64,000 nt of DNA. Origin: Acetofilamentum sp. (GTDB lineage: Bacteria > Hydrothermota > 32-111). How positions within the stretch are numbered: the stretch's first letter is position 1; the number at the start of each line of letters is the position of its first letter. Positions 9,224 to 16,833 of the stretch are shown piece after piece. Below the pieces are notes generated by a model. The model was not told the origin of the DNA. It ran no database searches and was given only the letters and a program-made list of their open reading frames with translations. Made by a program: the position numbers and the translations under genes. The stretch is from positions 24,688-88,687 of the forward strand of contig DYMB01000006.1 of assembly GCA_020721805.1 (NCBI GenBank), read 5' to 3'.

Positions 9224-10089
9224 CTACCCCCTTTTTGTTTTTTTGAAACAAAATATGCGATGTTTCCCAGAACTATTAAAATTATGAAAAATATATGAGC
9301 GGAAGATTGTGCATCCATTCCAACGGTAGCATCCTTTCTTCCCCAATAAACACCTTTTTTACTTAAAAGATTTTCATATTCGGCAGCCCCTTTTAAACCA
9401 CCAAGCATACCTATAGCCTGCTTTGATTGCAAATAGGAATAGTATTCTGCTGCGGAAACTGCGGTTGTTCCTATACCAACATTCAACCCATACCTTCCGT
9501 TTGCATATATAAGCCATGTTAATACAACTGCACTTCCAGCAAGTTCAACCATAAGGTCAATATCATTATAATTTTTTATTTCTTTCATAACTTCGAGATC
9601 GGAAAGTTTGTTTCCATATCCATCTTCGTTGAAAGTCTCAATTATGTCCTCTCCCATCTTTAAAACTACAGCACTAACACCCGGAACATAAGCAAGAAGA
9701 GTTATATCCTTACCGAGTTCTTTTTGATTATCTGGGTTGGAATTGTTCCATTCCCTTAAAACATTTTCTATAACATCCTGAGCCATTCCAGCACCCTGTG
9801 GATATAAAGTTACGAAAAGAACACGCAGGTTGTTTGAAAGTGCATGGGTGGCTATAACTTTAGCCATAGGATGAAGTTCAGCCATAGTTGATGGATCATA
9901 ATCTGCACCGATTAAAACAACTCCCCCTTCTGGTATGGAATCTTCAATAAAATCATATATCGATTTAACGGGGGCTGTCGTTTTCATTGGAAAACCAATG
10001 GGAAATAAAAATGGTATAATTATACATAAAGCAAGGACAAGATATATCCATCTTTTATCAAGTTTATTTATAAAGTTGATAAATCTCAT
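9220..10089 (-). CDS. Membrane-anchored protein with soluble alpha/beta domain, module gene C copy 1
   Basis: Paralogue of 5813-6649 (DYDPSTMAELHP, NYNDIDL, GGLKGAAEYE). Confidence 0.8.
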   Translation of the reverse strand: MRFINFINKLDKRWIYLVLALCIIIPFLFPIGFPMKTTAPVKSIYDFIEDSIPEGGVVLIGADYDPSTMAELHPMAKVIATHALSNNLRVLFVTLYPQGAGMAQDVIENVLREWNNSNPDNQKELGKDITLLAYVPGVSAVVLKMGEDIIETFNEDGYGNKLSDLEVMKEIKNYNDIDLMVELAGSAVVLTWLIYANGRYGLNVGIGTTAVSAAEYYSYLQSKQAIGMLGGLKGAAEYENLLSKKGVYWGRKDATVGMDAQSSAHIFFIILIVLGNIAYFVSKKQKGGR

Positions 10090-10763
10090 TTCCCACCTCC
10101 CAAATATTTTCTTTCAATTCCAAGTATTATCTTAATTGAGGTAGCGATTATTCCAAGTTGAACTCCAATAAGTATTCCTCTCTGGGCAGCCATATTTGGA
10201 TATTTCAATATCCATTCGACCACATCGGGTAAACCTTTGTAAATGAACTCGCCAAGTGGAACCCTTCCTATGGTAACTATTCCAGCAGTGATCAAAAGCA
10301 ATGTCGCATCAAAACTTCTCGCTCTGAATGATCTGAAAGCAGCCGAAGCCATATAAAAGGCAAGTAGTGAGAATATAGTTGATTGCATCGGCATCTGCAT
10401 ATATAGATATGTATACATTAAAGGAGTTGTATCTGTAGGTTTAACATTGTGAAAAATTTTCATCCAGAGTGTTGTAGGCATAAAGGCACCACCAAAGATA
10501 CCAAGTAAGGCTGTTACAAAAAGTGAAACAAGGACTATTATCGAATACTGCCATCCTTCAACCTTTCTTTTTATTTTTGTGATATGAAGTTCAACGGTTG
10601 ATTGAACGGCTATAAGGTATGTAAAAGCGGAGACTATTATCAACCAATCAAGCATCATATTATAAAAACTTTTCGAAGCTGGATGGGGGATAAAAAATTG
10701 AAATATCAAAGCCACACCGAATATCGCCGAAACCAAAAGTGGTAGAGTTCTTCTTATAAACAT
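10086..10763 (-). CDS. Conserved polytopic membrane protein, module gene B copy 1
   Basis: Paralogue of 6659-7297 (FFIPH, GWQYSI, GRVPLGE, LGIERKYL). Confidence 0.8.
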   Translation of the reverse strand: MFIRRTLPLLVSAIFGVALIFQFFIPHPASKSFYNMMLDWLIIVSAFTYLIAVQSTVELHITKIKRKVEGWQYSIIVLVSLFVTALLGIFGGAFMPTTLWMKIFHNVKPTDTTPLMYTYLYMQMPMQSTIFSLLAFYMASAAFRSFRARSFDATLLLITAGIVTIGRVPLGEFIYKGLPDVVEWILKYPNMAAQRGILIGVQLGIIATSIKIILGIERKYLGGGK

Positions 10764-10771
10764 ATCAACTC

Positions 10772-11980
10772 CTAACTTTTAAATATGAATCTTAAAAATT
10801 CCATAATGTTCTTTAAAATTGTTATGTTACCACCTGTAATCAAAGATATTATAAGAATCAAAAAATATAAGGTTAGTATTATTATGATCAAACCTTTAAA
10901 ATAATCCTGTGCTTTTAAAGTTCCAAGTAAAAGAGGCTCTCTTGAAAGATAAGCACTTGCAGCATACAGTTCTTCCCCTATTATCGTATAATCACATGAT
11001 GTTATAAAAAATGGAAGTTGCGTCACAGCATCAGTTCCAGCGATTTGAATCGCCCCTGTTGTATTACCAGCTTCAGCCATTATAAGCGATTCAGCCCAGA
11101 ACATTCCGAGTAGAAGATTCGTAGCAGGTTTTTCTCTTGTCATTATTCCAGAAACCGCAGCAGCGTAACCGAATTGTGAATCAGTTAAAAAGAAAATATC
11201 ATTATCGTTGTAAGCATCAGGTCTTCCAGCTTCAGAATATGATTCCTTTACAACCTCTTTCGCAACCGTCATAACTATAGGATCTCTGTTTGGAACTATA
11301 AGTTTTGTTTCATATTCCGCGATCTTTTTTGCTACAGGTCCAAGTATGTTTAAAGAGGCTATCGTTGCAATATCGGACATCGTCGAAGAACCTGGAACAT
11401 AAAGAACAGGCCTTCCCATTTCGGTTGCCCTTCCAACAGCCTCATCGAGAGTGTCCAGTCCAGAAATTTTTCTTACGAAAAGTTCTTTGCCCTTTCTAAC
11501 ACTTTCCACAAGTAAAATTATCACTACCGTATAAATTATTATCATCAACAGAAGTATAGTTTTATCAGTTTTGAAAAGATCTGGTTTAGGGGAAATCGGT
11601 TGGTTTATAATGCACTTCTCACTCTCTCCACCCATCGAATCAACAAATGAAATATAATATTCATATTTTTTATCTGAAAAGAGTCCCTCATCAACGATTT
11701 TAAAAGGAAACGATTTAATTGTTTTTAACATCTTAAAATTTGAATCTCCAGACTCTTTTCTATAGAGTTTGAGCGTAAAATTTTTCCCATCAAACGGAAA
11801 ATTACAAAAGACTTCAATCCTTGTTCCATCATCATTTCCAACATCCCTTACGATGAAATTTTTCAAAACTGTGGAATCAACGGGGGTAAATAGCTTCTGA
11901 TCGGTTTGAGTTAAATTTTGTGAAAATATAAAGAAAAAGGAGAGAAGAATAAAAATGAAAAACAAAATTTTACTTTTCAT
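10772..11980 (-). CDS. Signal peptide + FN3-like domain + DUF6754-like domain, module gene A copy 1
   Basis: Paralogue of 7310-8602 (VRKISGLDTLDEAVGRATEMGRP; QLPFFITSCDYTIIGEELYAASAYL). Confidence 0.75.
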   Translation of the reverse strand: MKSKILFFIFILLSFFFIFSQNLTQTDQKLFTPVDSTVLKNFIVRDVGNDDGTRIEVFCNFPFDGKNFTLKLYRKESGDSNFKMLKTIKSFPFKIVDEGLFSDKKYEYYISFVDSMGGESEKCIINQPISPKPDLFKTDKTILLLMIIIYTVVIILLVESVRKGKELFVRKISGLDTLDEAVGRATEMGRPVLYVPGSSTMSDIATIASLNILGPVAKKIAEYETKLIVPNRDPIVMTVAKEVVKESYSEAGRPDAYNDNDIFFLTDSQFGYAAAVSGIMTREKPATNLLLGMFWAESLIMAEAGNTTGAIQIAGTDAVTQLPFFITSCDYTIIGEELYAASAYLSREPLLLGTLKAQDYFKGLIIIILTLYFLILIISLITGGNITILKNIMEFLRFIFKS

Positions 11981-11991
11981 TTTACTCCCTT

Positions 11992-13116
11992 TTATTCTTC
12001 TATCAACTCAACATTGGCTCTTGGAAGAATAATCTTTTTACCATCTTCAAATTCAAATTCAAGGACTCTAACATGTGCTTCGGTCTCTATCTTTTGAAGT
12101 TGTGATGGTAAACCAACAACTCTTCCTATGGAACCAAAATATGGTTGTCTTATTATTCTAACAAGTGAGTTGATATCCATACCGAGTTGATCATGTTTCG
12201 CTTCTTCAAACTTTATATTAAGATCATCATAGGTTACTATAACTTCGGGTCTCATAACTCCAGCCCTTATCTGGGTAGCACCATTTATCGATGCTCTTTT
12301 ACCATCATTTTTTGAAAGTATCTCAAAAGTTTTTTTTGCCATCGTCATCTTTCCAAAACCCTCTGTGATTATGAGTGTTATACCCTTCTCTTCATGTCCT
12401 GTTATTGCAACACCGATCTCCTCACCAAGAAAATCCTTTAAATCTTTATCATCTATACCACCAACAACAATACCTATAACCTGTTTTTTAACGCATTCTT
12501 CCAAAATTTCACTTGTAATCAGAGAACCGCCTATAACTATTTTCCCTTTCAGGTCATCCGTTATATCCTCTTTTGTTAAAACATAGTCTGGAGATTTTGC
12601 AACAAGTTTCAATTCACCTTTAGCCTCACCTCCTATACCGAATATACCCTGTATGAAAGTCGCAGGTGTTTGCACAACTATTCCTTCATTAGCGATCACT
12701 TCAACAACTTTACCATTTACATATGCATCTATTTCAACCTTTTTGGGAGGTTTTCTAAGAGTAAGCATACCTGTTATATCTGAATAATTTTCAACAGTTC
12801 CATCTATGGGTGAAATGACCGTTGTTTTAAACAATCCAAAAAATCCTTTCGATTCTGCTATGATCTGATCCTTTTTGATAGGATCACCGATTGAAACTTT
12901 TAAAAATGAGAGTGCCTCTTTTGGTGGGACACCCAGTTTTCCAGCAAGATTAAGTCTTTCAACATCTCCTGGCAGTAGAGTCCTTGCAACTATATCATCG
13001 GCTTTTACAAAATCTCCCATCTTAACAAGAACCTCACCTTTTAAAGGCAATCTTCTCTCTTTTTTTAAGATCGCTTTTTCAGTCACTTTCAAACCTGGCG
13101 TATATGAATGAGCCAT
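11992..13116 (-). CDS. Conserved hypothetical protein with barrel-sandwich hybrid motifs, swivel/PA-like core and KOW-like C-terminus
   Basis: VLVKMGDFVKADDIVA and LKVSIGDPIKKDQIIA...SPIDGTV (hybrid motifs); GKIVIGG...IGIVVGG; VRIIRQPYFGSIGRV. Confidence 0.7.
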   Translation of the reverse strand: MAHSYTPGLKVTEKAILKKERRLPLKGEVLVKMGDFVKADDIVARTLLPGDVERLNLAGKLGVPPKEALSFLKVSIGDPIKKDQIIAESKGFFGLFKTTVISPIDGTVENYSDITGMLTLRKPPKKVEIDAYVNGKVVEVIANEGIVVQTPATFIQGIFGIGGEAKGELKLVAKSPDYVLTKEDITDDLKGKIVIGGSLITSEILEECVKKQVIGIVVGGIDDKDLKDFLGEEIGVAITGHEEKGITLIITEGFGKMTMAKKTFEILSKNDGKRASINGATQIRAGVMRPEVIVTYDDLNIKFEEAKHDQLGMDINSLVRIIRQPYFGSIGRVVGLPSQLQKIETEAHVRVLEFEFEDGKKIILPRANVELIEE

Positions 13117-13126
13117 AATTCCTCCA

Positions 13127-14920
13127 TTATTTTTCAGGATATACTTTCAGTTCCTTCATCCACTTTGATAATTTTTCAACTCTATCCTTATCGTTTTCAG
13201 GTAGTATGAAGGGTCTTCTTCCTCTGGTATCAACAATAACTCCAACAACACCACCTTCAAGTTCAGTTTCTATCTCCTTTCCTCGTCCGATCCCCATATC
13301 AAGTCCTTTTGCTGGTGTTATTACCGCCTTAACTTTTTGATTCAAACCAAGAGGAATTATATTCATTTCTCCAAAATTGAACCTGTATTCATTCCCATCA
13401 AATTTTATTCTAACAGCTTCCTGTCCCTCTTTTATATTCCCTATAGGTGCAACACATGAACCAAGTCTTATCAAACAATCTTTTTCAAAAACCTCTGTAG
13501 CAGCCTTTTCATGAACTGTTGACAGAACACCGAGTTGAGGCATCATAAATATTGAATCCACTGTAAGCATTGTTACACCTTCAGGTAAGAATGCATCTAT
13601 CATCATAATCGCTGATTGAACCCTTCTGGGTGCATGAGAAAGAACCCCACCTGAACCAACAACGAGATTTAAAGTTAACATATTTACAAGAGTTTCACCG
13701 GTGCTCGTTTGATCGAAAGCGTCTGAAATCGTCCTCTCCTTTTGAACACCTTTTAAACCGACAGCCATAGTCTTATGTTGTTCGAGAGCAAGTCTTAGAG
13801 CCTCTCTTGATATCGCCTGTTCTATCTGAAGCTCATCCACGGTTGAAGGTATGGTTGTTGGTCTTATCATTTTATTTCTAATTCTGTTTCTTAAATCTTT
13901 TTCATCCATATGAAATGGAACCCATCTCATTATATTTTTCAATCCGGCTTCCTTTACAACATTTGAAATGGAATAACTCATTCCTAAATTTGCTGAAACT
14001 GTTCTGTTGAAAGTATTTTGAAAATATGAGAACACATCGGTTGTAGCTCCTCCTATATCAACACCAAGAACTTCTATTTTGTCCCTCTTTCCTATCGTTT
14101 CTATCAAAAGTCCAACGGCACCGGGAGTGGGCATTATCGGAACATCAGTCATATCCATCAATTTTCTGTATCCTGGAGCCTGCGCCATAACATGTTCCAT
14201 AAAAAGATCGTGTATTTTATCTCTCGCAGGTTTCAAATTCTCTTTTTCAAGAGTTGGTCTTAAATTTTCAACAACATAAAGAGCGGTCTTTTTTTCAAGT
14301 CTTTCCGTTATCTCGTTGACGGCTTTATTATTTCCAGCATAGATGACTGGCAATTTGTATCCCACACCGAATCTTGGTTTTGGATCGGCAGCCTGTATTA
14401 TCTCTGCAAGTTGAACGACATGAGTTATTGTTCCACCATCGGTCCCGCCTGAAAGAAGTATCATATCGGGTCTTAAAGTCCTTATTCTTTTTATCCTTTC
14501 ATGGTCAAGTCTTTTATCATTTGTGGCTATAACATCCATAACAATTGAACCTGCACCCAAAGCCGCCCTTGCGGCTGATTCGGCTGACATTTTATCAACT
14601 ACACCGGCAACCATCATCTGTAAACCACCTCCAGCAGACGATGTTGATATGTAAAGATCCACTCCATCTCCTTCGGGGTTTATTCTTTTTATTATTTTAT
14701 CATTATCAAGAATCTTTATATTGGCAAGTTCTTCAACCTCTCTTATAGCGTTCAAAACACCTTTTGTCACATCCTCGTATGGAGCCTCAACGGTTGTAGG
14801 TGCTTCCCCTCTTACGATCAAACGATATTCATTTTCCCTTTTCTCTATAAGTATAGCCTTTGTTGTTGTGGAACCACAATCGGTTGCAAGAATCCTTGTA
14901 ATTTGATCCTTCCGTTTCAT
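13127..14920 (-). CDS. Glutamate mutase L (GlmL/MutL-type) ASKHA-family ATPase, long form
   Basis: ATDCGSTTTKA (phosphate 1), SSAGGGLQM, LSGGTDGG, IMPTPGAV, VDIGGATTDVFS (phosphate 2), RTVSANLGM, GSGGVL. Confidence 0.85.
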   Translation of the reverse strand: MKRKDQITRILATDCGSTTTKAILIEKRENEYRLIVRGEAPTTVEAPYEDVTKGVLNAIREVEELANIKILDNDKIIKRINPEGDGVDLYISTSSAGGGLQMMVAGVVDKMSAESAARAALGAGSIVMDVIATNDKRLDHERIKRIRTLRPDMILLSGGTDGGTITHVVQLAEIIQAADPKPRFGVGYKLPVIYAGNNKAVNEITERLEKKTALYVVENLRPTLEKENLKPARDKIHDLFMEHVMAQAPGYRKLMDMTDVPIMPTPGAVGLLIETIGKRDKIEVLGVDIGGATTDVFSYFQNTFNRTVSANLGMSYSISNVVKEAGLKNIMRWVPFHMDEKDLRNRIRNKMIRPTTIPSTVDELQIEQAISREALRLALEQHKTMAVGLKGVQKERTISDAFDQTSTGETLVNMLTLNLVVGSGGVLSHAPRRVQSAIMMIDAFLPEGVTMLTVDSIFMMPQLGVLSTVHEKAATEVFEKDCLIRLGSCVAPIGNIKEGQEAVRIKFDGNEYRFNFGEMNIIPLGLNQKVKAVITPAKGLDMGIGRGKEIETELEGGVVGVIVDTRGRRPFILPENDKDRVEKLSKWMKELKVYPEK

Positions 14921-15258
14921 TCATCCTCCTTAAGATTCTTCTTTTTACTCTTTTTAGCATTTTCAAAATCTTCAATAAATGAAATCAATTTTTCAACAGA
15001 TTCTCTCTCTTCAAAAATAAGTGATGCCTCCCTGTATTCTTTTATATTGAAAAAAGTGAGAACGATCGGTTCAAGGAAAATCATAATCTGAGAACTTATA
15101 AAATTCATAGGTTTTATAGTTTCAAGAAACATTACCGCTGGAGCTGTTAATCCTCTGTTAACTATATTTTCTGCGATTTTCTTTAATATCCCTTCTTTCC
15201 TTTCACCTGATATCTCTTTTGCAGCAACAGGTTTAAAATCGTTATTTTGATTGTCCAT
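14917..15258 (-). CDS. Small conserved hypothetical protein
   Basis: 113 aa, translationally coupled between gcvPB and the glmL-like gene; KIAENIVNRGLTAPAVMFLETIKPMNFISSQ motif. Confidence 0.7.
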   Translation of the reverse strand: MDNQNNDFKPVAAKEISGERKEGILKKIAENIVNRGLTAPAVMFLETIKPMNFISSQIMIFLEPIVLTFFNIKEYREASLIFEERESVEKLISFIEDFENAKKSKKKNLKEDE

Positions 15259-16693
15259 AATAATTTACATCGAGTTTTTTCAAAGCATATATATCATCAG
15301 GCCTTGATACGGGAGTATTTACGGGAGAATTTTTGACTTTCTCCGGTTTATTCTTAGCCTCATCATTTATTCTGATCATAGCATCTATAAAACTATCCAG
15401 TGTTTTCTTTGATTCGGTTTCAGTCGGTTCTATCATCATCGCCTCAGAAACTATAAGAGGAAAATAAACTGTTGGAGCATGAAAACCATAATCAAGTAAT
15501 CTTTTTGCTATATCAAGTGTTGTTACATTATACTCCTTTTTATATTTTCTTCCACTGAAAACAACCTCATGCATTGTTTCAGTTTTATATGGAAGTTCAT
15601 AATAGTTTTCAAGTTTTTTCTTTATATAGTTGGCATTGATTATCGCCATCTGGCTCGCTTCCTTCAATCCATCTTTCCCCATAACTTTTATGTAAGCCCA
15701 TGCTCTTATCATTATGTTAACATTCCCATAAAATGAATGCAATGAACCTATCGAATTTGAAGGATAATCAAGAAAATATTTACCATCTTTGAATCCAACA
15801 ACATATGGAGGTAGAAAATCTTTTAATTTTTCAACAACAGCTATCGCACCAGCCCCAGGACCACCTCCACCATGTGGTGTTGAAAATGTTTTGTGAAGAT
15901 TTATATGGAGAATATCAAAACCTATTTTACCGGGTTTTACTAAACCCATAAGTGCATTAAGGTTCGCTCCATCCATATAGATCAAGCCACCATTTTTATG
16001 AACTATTTGAGATATTTCTTCAATCTTACTTTCAAAAATCCCAAGAGTATTTGGATTGGTTAGCATAATTCCAGCGGTGTCGGAATCCATTTTGTTTTTC
16101 AGATCCTCAATATCTATCTCTCCATTTTCATCTGATTTTAACTCCACTGTTTTAAAACCTGCAAGAGTTGCTGATGCTGGATTGGTTCCATGAGCGGAAT
16201 CAGGTATCAACATTTTCTTCCTGTTCTCACCTTTACTTCTTAAATAATCCCTTATTATCAACATACCTGCAAATTCACCATGTGCACCGGCAACCGGTTG
16301 TAATGAGATTCCTGAAAACCCTGTTATCCTTAAAAGCATCTCTTGTAATTCATACATTATTTCAAGCATACCCTGAACATCTTCCTCATCCTGATAAGGA
16401 TGCAAATTTGTGAAACCCGGTTCCTGTGCTATATCCTCATTTATAACTGGATTATATTTCATAGTACAGGAACCTAAAGGATAAAACCCTTTTTGAAGAT
16501 GGTGATTCTTCAATGAGAGATGGATAAAATGTCTTAAAAGATCTATTTCTGAAACAACAGGTAAAGAGAGATTCTCATCTCTTCTATTTTCATTTTTTAA
16601 ACATTCTTTTAATGAAATTGGAAAATTGTTTTCTGGAAGAGAGACTATGTTTGAATCTTCATCTGAAAGATTAAAAATCAATCTATCATACAT
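15242..16693 (-). CDS. gcvPB: Glycine dehydrogenase (decarboxylating) subunit 2
   Basis: YPLGSCTMKYNP, LQPVAGAHGE, PDSAHGTNPASA, NLHKTFSTPHGGGGPG (PLP Lys), MIEPTETES. Confidence 0.96.
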   Translation of the reverse strand: MYDRLIFNLSDEDSNIVSLPENNFPISLKECLKNENRRDENLSLPVVSEIDLLRHFIHLSLKNHHLQKGFYPLGSCTMKYNPVINEDIAQEPGFTNLHPYQDEEDVQGMLEIMYELQEMLLRITGFSGISLQPVAGAHGEFAGMLIIRDYLRSKGENRKKMLIPDSAHGTNPASATLAGFKTVELKSDENGEIDIEDLKNKMDSDTAGIMLTNPNTLGIFESKIEEISQIVHKNGGLIYMDGANLNALMGLVKPGKIGFDILHINLHKTFSTPHGGGGPGAGAIAVVEKLKDFLPPYVVGFKDGKYFLDYPSNSIGSLHSFYGNVNIMIRAWAYIKVMGKDGLKEASQMAIINANYIKKKLENYYELPYKTETMHEVVFSGRKYKKEYNVTTLDIAKRLLDYGFHAPTVYFPLIVSEAMMIEPTETESKKTLDSFIDAMIRINDEAKNKPEKVKNSPVNTPVSRPDDIYALKKLDVNYYGQSK

Positions 16694-16732
16694 TTTAAAC
16701 TCCTTGAATTTTTAACCAATATTTAATAGATT

Positions 16733-16761
16733 ATTTTATATTATTATAGTTTTTATGTCAA
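16733..16761 (-). promoter_or_regulatory. Sigma70-type promoter upstream of gcvPB
   Basis: Minus strand TTGACA-17 nt-TAAAAT, downstream of the terminator hairpin. Confidence 0.6.
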
Positions 16762-16782
16762 CTATAAATCTTTATTTAAAAG

Positions 16783-16809
16783 AAACGTCCTCCTTAAAGG
16801 AGGACGTTT
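16783..16809 (-). terminator. Intrinsic terminator after the S8 protease gene
   Basis: Inverted repeat AAACGTCCTCCTT/AAGGAGGACGTTT followed on the minus strand by a U-rich tract. Confidence 0.8.
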
Positions 16810-16833
16810 AGGGAGGGGTTGAGAAAGATAGAA

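Larger units (their letters stand above)
5196..11980 (-). repeat. Ancient tandem duplication of a four-gene module (8615-11980 and 5196-8602)
   Basis: Same gene order A-B-C-D in both copies with clear pairwise protein similarity; DNA has diverged at synonymous positions. Confidence 0.9.

Noticed and set aside
13127-14920. Calling this gene a glutamate/methylaspartate mutase or mismatch-repair MutL
   Set aside because: The motifs are ASKHA ATPase (GlmL type); no B12-binding DxHxxG and no GHKL ATPase motifs were seen.
16783-16820. GC-rich inverted repeat as a REP, IS end or CRISPR repeat
   Set aside because: Single copy, located just after a stop codon with a U-rich tail; best explained as a terminator.
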